Below are positions 21,006 through 31,017 of a DNA stretch of 64,000 nucleotides, piece after piece; the first letter of the stretch is position 1, and every line of letters starts with the position of its first letter. Made by a program: the position numbers and the translations under genes. A model generated the notes under the pieces. The model had not been told where the DNA came from and made no database searches. It was given only the letters and a program-made list of their open reading frames with translations. The stretch covers positions 112,794-176,793 of the forward strand of contig JBMNPM010000001.1 in the NCBI GenBank assembly GCA_050943595.1. Direction: 5' to 3'. This DNA is from Thermoleophilia bacterium (GTDB lineage Bacteria; Actinomycetota; Thermoleophilia; RBG-16-64-13).

Positions 21006-23522
21006 TCAGCTCTCCGCGTCCTCTGAGGCTGCTTCGGCCCGACCGGCTCCCTTCTTGGCTTTGGTCGCGCGGCGCTTCTTTGCGCTTTCCAAGACCTGCT
21101 CGAGCACAGTGCTCACGTGGTCCGTATATACGAACGTCAGTCCCGCCAGTAGGTCCTCTTCTCGTATGTCGGCCACATCGGCCTCGTTGCGGTCGGGGAG
21201 GAAGACCTTGGTGATCCCGGCGGCGCGGGCGGCCAGCACTTTCTCCTTGATGCCGCCTACGGGGAGCACCTGGCCGGTGAGGGTCACCTCGCCGGTCATG
21301 GCCACATCTGGGTCGACAGGACGTCCGGAGACCATGCTGGCTATGGCGACGGTCATGGCTACGCCTGCCGAAGGACCGTCTTTGGGCACTGCGCCCGCGG
21401 GGACGTGCACGTGGATGTCGTTTTTCTGGAAGAATTCATCGTCGCCCCCCAGGTCGTCCGACATGCTGCGTACCACGGTCAGGGCGGCCTGTGCCGACTC
21501 TTTCATCACATCGCCGAGTTGGCCGGTGAGGATCAGACGGCCGGTGCCCGGCATGGCCCGCGCTTCGATGAACAGTATGTCGCCTCCCGTGGGAGTCCAG
21601 GCCAGGCCCGTGGAGACGCCGGGATCGCGGGTGCGACGCTTGGTTTCACGGAAGACCTTCCTCTTACCCAGGAAATCCGGCACCTGCTCAGAGTCGACGG
21701 TCAGGTTATCTTTGGTCTCTTCGGCCACCATACGGGCGAACTTACGGGCGATGGTACCTATCTCGCGCTCTAGGCTGCGCACTCCGGCTTCGCGCGTATA
21801 ACTCTCGATGACCGCCTCTAGGGCCTCATCGGTGAACTCCAGTTGGCCCTCCTTCAGCCCGTTGCGGTCCAGCTGCCTGGGTACCAAGTATCGTTTGGCA
21901 ATGTGTAGCTTGTCTTTCTGCGTGTATCCGGCGATGGAGATGATCTCCATACGGTCACGCAGGGGGCCGGGGATGGTGTCGAGCATATTGGCGGTGCAGA
22001 TGAACATGACCCGGGAAAGATCAAAGGGCAGGTCGAGATAGTGATCGCGGAAGGTGTTGTGTTGCTCGGGGTCGAGCACTTCCAACATGGCACTGGAGGG
22101 ATCTCCCCGCCAGTCGGATCCCATCTTGTCGATCTCGTCGATCATAAAAACTGGATTGTTGCTGCCGGCATCACGAAGGGCCCGGATTATGGTGCCCGGC
22201 ATGGCGCCTACATACGTGCGCCTGTGTCCGCGGATCTCCGACTCGTCGCGTACGCCCCCCACGCTGATGCGGATAAACTTCCTCCCCATTGCTCTGGCGA
22301 TGCTCTTGCCGAGACTGGTTTTGCCCACCCCCGGGGGTCCCGCGAAGCAGAGGATCGGTCCCGATACCTCGCTTTTGAGTTTCTGCACGGCAAGGAACTC
22401 AAGGATGCGGTCCTTGACATCTTCGAGGTCGTAGTGGTCTTCGTCGAGAACGGTGCGGGCGTGCCCGATGTCGAGGTTATCCTCGGTGGTCACCGACCAG
22501 GGCAGTGAGAGTATCCAGTCCAGGTAGGTGCGGATGACCCCATACTCGGCTGCGGCCGGCGGCAGTTTCGAGAGCCGGTCCAGCTCGCGCCGAGCCTGCT
22601 TGTCGACTTCTTCAGGCAGCTGCGCCTCGTCCAGTCGGTCTCGTAGCTCATTGGTCTCAGCTTGGGTCTCGTCGGTCTCACCCAGCTCCTCCTGGATGGC
22701 CTTCAGCTGCTGGCGAAGGAAGTACTCGCGTTGGTTCTTGTCCATCTCCGACTGGACCTGGCTCTGGATCTTCGAGCCGAGTTCCAGGACCTCGAGTTCA
22801 CGGTTCATGAGGCCGGTGAGGCGGCGGAGGCGCTTGGAGACCTCCACCTCTTCCAACAATTCCTGCTTCTCCTCCGCCTTGAGACGCATGGTCGAGGCGA
22901 TGAAGTAGCCGAGTGCGGATGGGTCCTCGATGTTGGCCGCCGCCATCTCGAGCTCATCAGGGAGATTGGGCACCAACTGGATGATCTTGGTGTATACCGA
23001 TAGCAGGTTGCGTTGCAGGGCTTGGAGTTCCGGGCCTTCTTCCAGCACATCGGGTAGATCGGTGACCTTCGCCATCAAATAAGGCTCTTCAGCGATGAAC
23101 TCATCGATGGTGAAGCGACGTACACCTTGGGCGACGATGCGCAACGAGCCGTCCGGTGCCTTGAGCATCTTCTGGATGTTGGCCAGCACGCCTACGTGGT
23201 AGACGTCTCCGGGCATGGGGATCTCGATATCCGCCGATTTGGCCGCCACGAGGCCGACCTGTCTGTCGCCACGCAGTATGTCATCGATGAGGTGCACAGA
23301 TCGCGGCTGGGCTACAGCCAGGGGCAACAGGGTATCCGGGAAGATGACCGTGTCTTTGAGGGGCATTATGGGCAACCCCTGGGAGTGTAGCCGTTCGGTC
23401 GCGTCTGCGGGTTCCTGGGAGACGAGGATGAAGTCCTGATCGGCGGCGCCCGGGTCGTTTCTCTCCTCGCTTTCTGGGCTCATGAGGGCGCCGAAATCGA
23501 TTTCGTGAGCCGCCATAGTCAC
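21006..23522 (-). CDS. lon: ATP-dependent Lon protease
   Basis: LON N-domain, AAA+ 'GPPGVGKTS', and the proteolytic 'PKDGPSAG' Ser-Lys dyad. Confidence 0.92.
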   Translation of the reverse strand: MTMAAHEIDFGALMSPESEERNDPGAADQDFILVSQEPADATERLHSQGLPIMPLKDTVIFPDTLLPLAVAQPRSVHLIDDILRGDRQVGLVAAKSADIEIPMPGDVYHVGVLANIQKMLKAPDGSLRIVAQGVRRFTIDEFIAEEPYLMAKVTDLPDVLEEGPELQALQRNLLSVYTKIIQLVPNLPDELEMAAANIEDPSALGYFIASTMRLKAEEKQELLEEVEVSKRLRRLTGLMNRELEVLELGSKIQSQVQSEMDKNQREYFLRQQLKAIQEELGETDETQAETNELRDRLDEAQLPEEVDKQARRELDRLSKLPPAAAEYGVIRTYLDWILSLPWSVTTEDNLDIGHARTVLDEDHYDLEDVKDRILEFLAVQKLKSEVSGPILCFAGPPGVGKTSLGKSIARAMGRKFIRISVGGVRDESEIRGHRRTYVGAMPGTIIRALRDAGSNNPVFMIDEIDKMGSDWRGDPSSAMLEVLDPEQHNTFRDHYLDLPFDLSRVMFICTANMLDTIPGPLRDRMEIISIAGYTQKDKLHIAKRYLVPRQLDRNGLKEGQLEFTDEALEAVIESYTREAGVRSLEREIGTIARKFARMVAEETKDNLTVDSEQVPDFLGKRKVFRETKRRTRDPGVSTGLAWTPTGGDILFIEARAMPGTGRLILTGQLGDVMKESAQAALTVVRSMSDDLGGDDEFFQKNDIHVHVPAGAVPKDGPSAGVAMTVAIASMVSGRPVDPDVAMTGEVTLTGQVLPVGGIKEKVLAARAAGITKVFLPDRNEADVADIREEDLLAGLTFVYTDHVSTVLEQVLESAKKRRATKAKKGAGRAEAASEDAES

Positions 23523-24019
23523 TTGTCTCCTTTGTCGGCCGATTGTCCGGCTTCACCGGCGGACGGGCGTTCTTCGGTGGCATCTATGCTGATGCGCCTA
23601 CGGCCCGATCGCTGTTTGAGGGGCAGCAGGATCTCGAGGAAGCCGTTGGTGTAGTCGGCCGAAGCGTTGGCGGTGTCAACCTCGGGTGGCAGGGGTACCC
23701 GGCGCTCAAAACGCCCATAGCTGATCTCCATCTGCTGGTAGACGGCGTCCGGATGTTTACTATCCACCCGGTTGCCACCCACCCGTAGGACTCCATCGTC
23801 GACCTCTAGATCGATCGTAGCCGGGTCGATGCCGGCGAGTTCCAGCTTGATTACCAGGATGCGTTGGCGGCGGTCGAAGTACACATCGGCGTTGGGTCTG
23901 AGGTAGGTGCCGCCGTAGCGGCACGTCCGTTCGCCACGTAATAACTCGAGGAAGATCCTATCGACGTCGTTTTGCGCGCGCCGGAATCCGGGCGGATCAT
24001 CTTTATGTCTTGGTTCCAC
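23519..24019 (-). CDS. Hsp20/alpha-crystallin family small heat-shock protein
   Basis: ACD motifs 'FERRVPLP...GFLEILLPLK'. GTG start. 4-nt overlap with lon. Confidence 0.8.
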   Translation of the reverse strand: MEPRHKDDPPGFRRAQNDVDRIFLELLRGERTCRYGGTYLRPNADVYFDRRQRILVIKLELAGIDPATIDLEVDDGVLRVGGNRVDSKHPDAVYQQMEISYGRFERRVPLPPEVDTANASADYTNGFLEILLPLKQRSGRRRISIDATEERPSAGEAGQSADKGDK

Positions 24020-24068
24020 TATGACCTCGTGTGGGAGTGTTTACCATAGGGATCGGTTGCTCGATTAC

Positions 24069-24090
24069 CAGTACTGTTTAGTAGTACTGT
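24069..24090 (-). promoter_or_regulatory. candidate operator upstream of hsp20-lon: direct repeat CAGTACT-N7-CAGTACT (AGTACT is itself palindromic)
   Basis: Located ~50-70 nt upstream of the hsp20 GTG, just upstream of a TATGGT -10-like hexamer on the coding strand. Confidence 0.4.
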
Positions 24091-24225
24091 CTAGTGTAGT
24101 GTCCCATAGTCGCCCCGCCAAACCACCCGACCGGCCTGCCTGCCCTGACCGACCGGGTGCACGCACTTGCGCGTAATCCAGGCCGGTCCACGGTGGTTTC
24201 GTCCACGTTCCGGCGTTCGCGGGCA

Positions 24226-27108
24226 CTAACGCTGCAGCGCGTTCAAGGCCTCCAACACTGTGCCTAGTGCCTGCAGTTCGCGCGTGTGCTCAGCCGTGTC
24301 GCCACGTTCTTGGGCTGCTACAGCGGCTTGGTAGTGCCGGTTCGCCTGGGTGATCAATTCTGCGGCTTCGGAGGGTAGCGTAGTGGTCGGGCCCGTTGGG
24401 ATTGTAGTGCCGGTGGTGCCACCCGGCGTCTCCACATCCGATGGCGCGGTGGTCGCGGCTGAGCCGGCTCCGATGGATCCGCCGAAAATCTTGGCCAGCG
24501 CGTCCGTCAGGGTGGGCTCCATGACCACCTTGTCGCCGTAGCTCACGATCACTCGAGTCAACTCGGGGATGGGACTCTGCTTGGCTTGGAGGTACAGAGG
24601 TTCGAAGTACATCACTCCGTCCTCAAGGGGGACCACCAACAGATTGCCGCGTATCACCTCGCTCCCCGCCTGGTCCCATAAGGTGAGTTGCGAGGATATC
24701 ACAGGGTCGTTGGTGATGCGGGCCTCCACCTGTGCAGGGCCGAAGACCAGTTTGTCCTTGGGGAAGGTGACAAGGGCGAGCCTGCCGTAGTTGTCACCAT
24801 CCTGCCTGGCCACCAAGAGAGAGACGAGGTTCTTCTTTTTGAGAGGGGTGAAGGGCTGTAAGAGTGCGAATTCAGGATCCGTCTCTCCGGGAAGGGCCAG
24901 CACCTCGTAGTACGGCACCACCGGGATCTCCTTTTTTCCATAGATCTCCATCGGTATCGCCCAAACGTCCTCCTTGTTGTAGAAGATCTGTGGGTTCTCC
25001 ATATGGTAGATGGTCAGGACCTCAGCCTGGATCTTGTACATGTCTTCGGGATAGCGCATGTGTCGGCGTAGGTCGTCCGGCATCTGGTTGCCGGGGGTGA
25101 ACAGCCCGTCGTAGACGCCTCCCCATGCGGTGGCTATAGGGTCGTGGGCATCAACCTGGTAGAAGGTGATCTTTCCGTCGTACGCGTTGATGACCACCTT
25201 TATGGGGTTGCGCAGGTAGTTGATGCCGTCCTTGCGCGGCTGCGAGTAGGGGAAGTGGTCAGAGGTGGTATAGGCGTCCCACATCCACACCAGTGAACCG
25301 TCGTCCCGGATCACTAGGTAAGGGTCGGCGTCGTATCTGAGGAAGGGGGCGAGAGTGCGCACCCGCTCTTCGATGGTCCGGCGGTACATGATGCGCGAGT
25401 CACTCGTGAGCGAATTGGAGAAGAATAACTTGGCATCCGCGAAGCGAAATCCGAAGGCGATACGGCGGAGTCTGTTGCCGATGGAGATGCCGCCGTCACC
25501 TTGATAGGTGGTCGTCACGCTGGAGTCGCCGCGTGGGTAGTCGAACTCAGGGGTCGTGGTGTTCACCACGACGAACTCATTGCCCATCTCTCCGTAGTAG
25601 ATCTCGGGCCTGGTGATGCGTAGGTCGGTGCTGGAGCGCGGCGGTATGTCTTTTATGAAAAGCAGGGGTAGTCCGTCCGCGCCGGCCTCGTTGACCGGGC
25701 TGACTACAGCGCCGTAACCGTGCGTGTATGTGAGATGCAGGTTGACCCAGGTCTGCGACTGCTTCTGAAGCCGACTCTGGTCGAGTTCGCGCGCGCTCAC
25801 CAAAACCTCGCGATATTTACCGTCGATCGTGTAGCGATCGACGTCGACGTCCTTGAACGAGTAGTAGAGACGGATCTCCTGGATCTGCGCGTAGGTGGAC
25901 AGGGCGGGGCGCGGCTCCCAAAGGCGGATGTTGTCGACAGTAGCCGAGTTGTCCTGTATATCCGCTGCCGTTAGGTTGTCGGCGGCTTTTGAGGAGACGT
26001 CGGTCATGTTGTTTAGGCCGTAAGCCCACCGGGTGGCGGCGATGTTGTTGGATATGTAGGGGGCCTCCGCTGATATCTCATTGGGGGTTACTCGGTACTG
26101 CTGGATGATGGCCGGGTAGGCCTTACCCCCTATGGCCCAGGAAAGCACCATGATGAGGACGGCCAGGGCGGGTAGCCTCCAGCCGCGGTAGCGTATGTTG
26201 ACCATGAACATGACCGCTGCTACCAGCGATACGACGGCCAAGAAGTGCAGTACGGGTAGCCGGGCGTGCACGTCTGTGTAGCCGGCGCCGAATACGGTTG
26301 CGTTTTGGCTCAGGTTGATCGACCAGGCTTGGATCATGTAATCGCCGGCTTTAGCCAACATGGCGATGGCCAGGATGATGGAGAGGTGTGTTTTGACGTA
26401 GGGCGCGGGGCGGATCCGGCGTCTGACGTCCAAGACCATCGCTCGGTTGAACACATAGGCGAGGACTGTGGCTATGAAGGTGAACAGCATAGCTAGGCCC
26501 ACGAAGTTGACCAGCGTTTTCCACAACGGCAGGGTGAACACGAAGAATGAGGCGTCCTTACCGAAGATGGGATCGTTGTACCCGAACGCGCTACGGTTGA
26601 GGAACAGGAGCACCTGCTCCCAACGTGGGGCATAGAAGATGCCGACGACGGCGGCGGCGACGACAGAGGCGATGAGCATCAACCGCTCCGGCCAACGCCG
26701 GCGCGGCGCCGGATCGAATACCGCACTCTCCGGCGTCTCCCGCACTTGCCGCATCCTGGCCGAGATCCTGTGGGCTGCGTAGAGACTGCCGTAGAAGATG
26801 ACGAAGAAGATTGCCGCGAAAAAGAGGCCCACCAGGGTTTGGGCCCACACGGGAGTCCAGAAGACCGATGTATAGCCGACTTCGCGATACCAGAGGATCT
26901 CTGTCCACAGAAGGGACAAGAGCCCGCCTACTCCGAACACCAGCACGAGGATGATGGCGATGATGACGGCGCGGCGAAGTGGCCCCGGTCTCAGCTTCAA
27001 GATGCGACTGCGCTTGGTACCGCCGGTGCCGGGGTCCTCCGGCTGATCATGTGATTCTGTGCGGGGTGTGGACTCCGGCGGGGTGGCGGTGGATGAGGCG
27101 TCGGTCAC
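24226..27108 (-). CDS. UPF0182 family membrane protein
   Basis: 960 aa with an N-terminal polytopic region (about 7 TM helices) and a large soluble C-terminal domain, as in UPF0182. Confidence 0.7.
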   Translation of the reverse strand: MTDASSTATPPESTPRTESHDQPEDPGTGGTKRSRILKLRPGPLRRAVIIAIILVLVFGVGGLLSLLWTEILWYREVGYTSVFWTPVWAQTLVGLFFAAIFFVIFYGSLYAAHRISARMRQVRETPESAVFDPAPRRRWPERLMLIASVVAAAVVGIFYAPRWEQVLLFLNRSAFGYNDPIFGKDASFFVFTLPLWKTLVNFVGLAMLFTFIATVLAYVFNRAMVLDVRRRIRPAPYVKTHLSIILAIAMLAKAGDYMIQAWSINLSQNATVFGAGYTDVHARLPVLHFLAVVSLVAAVMFMVNIRYRGWRLPALAVLIMVLSWAIGGKAYPAIIQQYRVTPNEISAEAPYISNNIAATRWAYGLNNMTDVSSKAADNLTAADIQDNSATVDNIRLWEPRPALSTYAQIQEIRLYYSFKDVDVDRYTIDGKYREVLVSARELDQSRLQKQSQTWVNLHLTYTHGYGAVVSPVNEAGADGLPLLFIKDIPPRSSTDLRITRPEIYYGEMGNEFVVVNTTTPEFDYPRGDSSVTTTYQGDGGISIGNRLRRIAFGFRFADAKLFFSNSLTSDSRIMYRRTIEERVRTLAPFLRYDADPYLVIRDDGSLVWMWDAYTTSDHFPYSQPRKDGINYLRNPIKVVINAYDGKITFYQVDAHDPIATAWGGVYDGLFTPGNQMPDDLRRHMRYPEDMYKIQAEVLTIYHMENPQIFYNKEDVWAIPMEIYGKKEIPVVPYYEVLALPGETDPEFALLQPFTPLKKKNLVSLLVARQDGDNYGRLALVTFPKDKLVFGPAQVEARITNDPVISSQLTLWDQAGSEVIRGNLLVVPLEDGVMYFEPLYLQAKQSPIPELTRVIVSYGDKVVMEPTLTDALAKIFGGSIGAGSAATTAPSDVETPGGTTGTTIPTGPTTTLPSEAAELITQANRHYQAAVAAQERGDTAEHTRELQALGTVLEALNALQR

Positions 27109-27115
27109 GGCGCGT

Positions 27116-27772
27116 TCATAGTGAGGGGGAGAGGACTATAACGCTCCGTTCCTTAGGCAGTGTACCGTTGGTCACCTCGATAGTAGATGATGTCTTGCGC
27201 TCCACTCGTCCTTGGCCTGCCAGGAACGGGTCGACTCCGGCGATGGGAAAATCGATACGGTTGGTCTTGTAGTGCATGGGTACGACGATGCGGGGTTCAA
27301 GAGCCTTCACGACTTCGGTGGCCTCGTCGTGGTCGATGGTGAAGTGGCCTCCTACCGGTATGAGGAGGATGTCCACCCTGCCTAACTGCTCGACGATGTC
27401 TGGAGTGAGGAGATGACCGAGGTCGCCGAGATGGACGAGGCGGACGTCACCGTCGTCGAGGATGACTATGGTGTTGGAGCCTCGTTCGCTCCCATGACTC
27501 CCGTCGTGAAATACGTCGACGCCTTTAATGCGCAGATCACCGATGGTCTCTGTCTTGGGCTGCACGAGTACCAGCGGCTTCCCCGGTATGGCATCGATAC
27601 CGGCGTGGTCGGGGTGAGTGTGGCTGGCTATTGCCACATCGGCCGCATCGGTTATGGCTCCGTAGCGGACGGCGCCGTCGTAGCATCCTGGGACGTAGGG
27701 GTCGAGGATCACTCGCGTCCCGTCACGAGTCTCGACGAGGAAAGACGAGTGGCCGTAGTAGGTAAGTCTCAT
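27116..27772 (-). CDS. MBL-fold metallo-hydrolase
   Basis: 'HTHPDH' metal-binding motif. Confidence 0.75.
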   Translation of the reverse strand: MRLTYYGHSSFLVETRDGTRVILDPYVPGCYDGAVRYGAITDAADVAIASHTHPDHAGIDAIPGKPLVLVQPKTETIGDLRIKGVDVFHDGSHGSERGSNTIVILDDGDVRLVHLGDLGHLLTPDIVEQLGRVDILLIPVGGHFTIDHDEATEVVKALEPRIVVPMHYKTNRIDFPIAGVDPFLAGQGRVERKTSSTIEVTNGTLPKERSVIVLSPSL

Positions 27773-28084
27773 AATAATATCGCCTCCTCTGACTGTTTTC
27801 CCGTGCAGTGTGGGTTAGCCGATAGCCGTAAAAGGTAACAATAGCAAATAGGCGGTCTGGCCCTCTTCCAGAGGCAGTCATCGATCTGGGGCCGGTCCGG
27901 CAGAGAACGTGCGGTGTGCTAAAATACCCCATCAGGTATACTGTGGGAGGCGCCGAACCGGTCGCACAGTAACGATGGTATACGTTGTGGCAGTACGTAG
28001 TAGTTAGAATAAATAGTGAGGCACCACGATGACACGTTGGTGGCCGGGTCAGCCTATACAACAACCTATGCAAGGAGGACGATA

Positions 28085-28408
28085 ATGAGCGAGGCAGTGC
28101 AGGACTTAGATACCCAGGGGTTCGAACAGATCGTCTCCACATCCACTATTCCTGTGATTGCCGATTTTTGGGCACCCTGGTGCGGTCCCTGCCGCATGGT
28201 GGGCCCCGTGCTGGAGAAGTTGGCCGCCGACCATGCGGGCAAGGTCGCCGTCGTCAAGGTCAACGTGGACAATAATCAGGACTTGGCGGCGCGCTTCGGG
28301 ATCAGGAGTATCCCCACGGTCTTGATGTTTGAGGGCGGTGAGAAGAAAACCGAAGTGGTCGGTGCCCGGAACCAGAAGGATTACGAAGCCGCGTTCGGGT
28401 TGGCCTAG
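28085..28408 (+). CDS. trxA: thioredoxin
   Basis: 'WAPWCGPC' active site. AAGGAGG RBS 6 nt upstream of the ATG at 28085. Confidence 0.9.
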   Translation: MSEAVQDLDTQGFEQIVSTSTIPVIADFWAPWCGPCRMVGPVLEKLAADHAGKVAVVKVNVDNNQDLAARFGIRSIPTVLMFEGGEKKTEVVGARNQKDYEAAFGLA

Positions 28409-28650
28409 GAGGAGAAGGCTGCTGAAAAACGAAACCCCGGCCGCCGGAGCGCACTAAACAACACGATAGTACGTCATCGGTCGCGCGAATAGCGCTGCTA
28501 TTCGCGCTCCCTCTATCCTTCTCTCGCGCGTGCTGATTGCGCTCCTGCGGCGAAGTGTCATAGTTCAGCAGCCTTCTGGGCATCGTTGTGATTGATGTGT
28601 AGGTGTGGGGCGCGTGAGATAATTCTTCGGCAGCCTTGCAAAGGAGCAGA

Positions 28651-29487
28651 ATGCATCCGGAACTCTTTCACATCGGTGGCTTCACGATGAATTCGTTCGG
28701 GGTGATGCTGGCGTTGGCCTTCATCACCGCCGGCTTTGTGGCTCATTGGCAGTTCAAGAAGCGGGGCGTTAGACCCGATTTCATCTATGGGCTGCTGATT
28801 GCAGCCATCATCGGCGGTCTGCTGGGGGCCAAGATCCACTACCTAATCCTTCACCCTGCTGAGTGGCCGGGCAACCTGGTTAGCGGTGAGGGCCTTGTGT
28901 GGTTCGGCGGCCTGTTCGGTGCGATAGTCGCGGTGGTCATTGTCACACTGCTCTCCAAGCAACGATTGGCTGCGGTGATGGATTCAGGGGCCCCGGCCGT
29001 GGCCATCGGGTATGGAGTGGGGAGGATCGGCTGCTTCTTGAGGGGTTGTGATCACGGGGTACCCACTGATCTGCCCTGGGGGATGGTCTTCCATGAAGGG
29101 ATCCCGCCTACCACCGTGCCTGTACATCCCACCCAGTTGTATGAAACGGGTGCCTCCCTGGTCATCTTCGCTTTGCTCGTGTGGGTGGTGGGTCCTCGCT
29201 TCAGGCGGGAAGGGGGACTCATGTTCGCATACCTTGTCTTCGCCGGTGTGGAACGGTTCCTGGTTGAGTTCATCCGGACGAATACCCCGGTGGCCTTAGG
29301 GCTGACGCAGCAACAGTGGATTAGCGTAGCCCTCTTCGTCATAGGCATCGCCGGTATCTGGTGGTTCGAGACACATGGCCGCCTGCGCTCCACGGGGACG
29401 CAGGTCGTCGCTGCATCCGGCACGGGCTCAGGGGCCGGAGCGTCTGGATCGGCCGGGCCCGGCCGCACACAAAGGGCCGACAAATGA
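28651..29487 (+). CDS. lgt: prolipoprotein diacylglyceryl transferase
   Basis: Lgt signature 'GRIGCFLRGCDHG' and polytopic membrane profile. AAGGAG RBS. Confidence 0.85.
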   Translation: MHPELFHIGGFTMNSFGVMLALAFITAGFVAHWQFKKRGVRPDFIYGLLIAAIIGGLLGAKIHYLILHPAEWPGNLVSGEGLVWFGGLFGAIVAVVIVTLLSKQRLAAVMDSGAPAVAIGYGVGRIGCFLRGCDHGVPTDLPWGMVFHEGIPPTTVPVHPTQLYETGASLVIFALLVWVVGPRFRREGGLMFAYLVFAGVERFLVEFIRTNTPVALGLTQQQWISVALFVIGIAGIWWFETHGRLRSTGTQVVAASGTGSGAGASGSAGPGRTQRADK

Positions 29488-29641
29488 GGCTCCGGGTCTG
29501 ACGCCGTCCTTCTGGACGGCCTTGTGCACCGCTGAGCGTTTTCCATAATCTTTGACCGGCTGGGCTGTGATCTCCACGGTGGAACCTCTCTGCCCTGAGG
29601 TCTCGTCACACCTGCAACATGAGGTGGTAGGGGGTGGCGAA

Positions 29642-30784
29642 ATGCACGGCATCGTGAGGACGGCTCGGCCGTTCGGGGCGTGGCTGCCGGTGCTGCTTCT
29701 GGCAGCGATGATGGCTTTGGCCCTGGGTGTAGCGGGATGTGGAGATACAGAGGATGTGGAGTCGGCGACCATGACCACGTCCGCAGTGGGGGTCACCACC
29801 ACTGCCTACGGTAGGGCGGAGTCGGACATGTCCACGGCGAGTGCGTCGTCTCCTACAGCGGCCGCCGCCCCGGCGGACTCCGCGAAGAACGGTAGTGCAC
29901 GGGATGATGCTGCCTTAGCGGCCCTCACCACCTCGGCCGGGCAGAAAGTCATCAGTGACGCCCAGCTAGATATCGAGGTGGAGCCCGACAGATTCGAGGG
30001 GGTGTTCGGTCAAGCGCTGTCGCTCGCTGATCGGTACGGTGGCTACCTGGTGGGCTCCAGCTCCCAGGCCGCCGGTGACGAGGCCGCGATGAAGAGCGGC
30101 ACTATCTCCATCCGTGTCCCCGCCACCTCTTTCACTCGGGCGTTGGCGGACGCGGCTAAGCTGGGCAAGGTCAGGAGCCGCCAGGTCCAGACCCAAGATG
30201 TGACCGAAGAATATGTTGATTTGAAGGCGCGCATAGCCAACTCCAAGGCTCATGTCCAAGCTCTGTTAGACCTCCTCACTAAGGCAAAGACGGTGGATGA
30301 GATCCTGCAGGTGCAACAGGTGCTCACCGGAGCCCAGCAACAGCTGGAGGAGCTGGAGGGCAGAATGCGCTACCTCGATGAACATACCGGCTACTCCACC
30401 ATTACGCTCACCATATACGAGACGGGTGCGACAGTCATCGCACCTTCGAGCGGATGGGGATTTACCCAGGCGCTCAAGGATGCGCTGCACAATGTGGTCC
30501 GGGCTGTGAATGCCATCATGCGGGGCCTGGGCATACTGATCCCGGTACTGATCGTGCTCGCGATCATCGCCTACATCATCCACCGTATTTGGCGGTTCGC
30601 GGTTCGTAGAAGGCAGGAACATGAAACCCGCCGTCACCACCCGTATGTGGAGGGGGGACATCCGCCGGCCGGTCGGTCGGGGCCGACGGACCGGGCTGAG
30701 TCTGCGCCTCCAGTTGCCACGGCTGCTACGGAGGCTCCCACCGTAGATGATCCCTCACCGGATAAAACCGGAACCGGGACCTGA
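29642..30784 (+). CDS. DUF4349-domain protein (secreted/anchored, coiled-coil, C-terminal TM)
   Basis: N-terminal signal/lipobox 'ALGVAGCG', central coiled coil, C-terminal TM 'LGILIPVLIVLAIIAYII'. Confidence 0.6.
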   Translation: MHGIVRTARPFGAWLPVLLLAAMMALALGVAGCGDTEDVESATMTTSAVGVTTTAYGRAESDMSTASASSPTAAAAPADSAKNGSARDDAALAALTTSAGQKVISDAQLDIEVEPDRFEGVFGQALSLADRYGGYLVGSSSQAAGDEAAMKSGTISIRVPATSFTRALADAAKLGKVRSRQVQTQDVTEEYVDLKARIANSKAHVQALLDLLTKAKTVDEILQVQQVLTGAQQQLEELEGRMRYLDEHTGYSTITLTIYETGATVIAPSSGWGFTQALKDALHNVVRAVNAIMRGLGILIPVLIVLAIIAYIIHRIWRFAVRRRQEHETRRHHPYVEGGHPPAGRSGPTDRAESAPPVATAATEAPTVDDPSPDKTGTGT

Positions 30785-31017
30785 CATGCTGTAGCCGGAG
30801 TGTCAGAGCAACAACGTTGGTCAGTGGAAAGCATTGGGTGGCGCCGAACACTTCGCCGATGGTGCCGTCCCCAGACGCGGTGTATACTGCCTTCTTCGTA
30901 GCGTCGGCAGAAGGTCGGTGATGAGATACTTGTCTGACGTCACGATTAGAATTCCATATCACACCCCTGCTCCGGCAGTGAGGCCGGGGCCGCTCAGACC
31001 GTAGGAGGTGACCCAAA

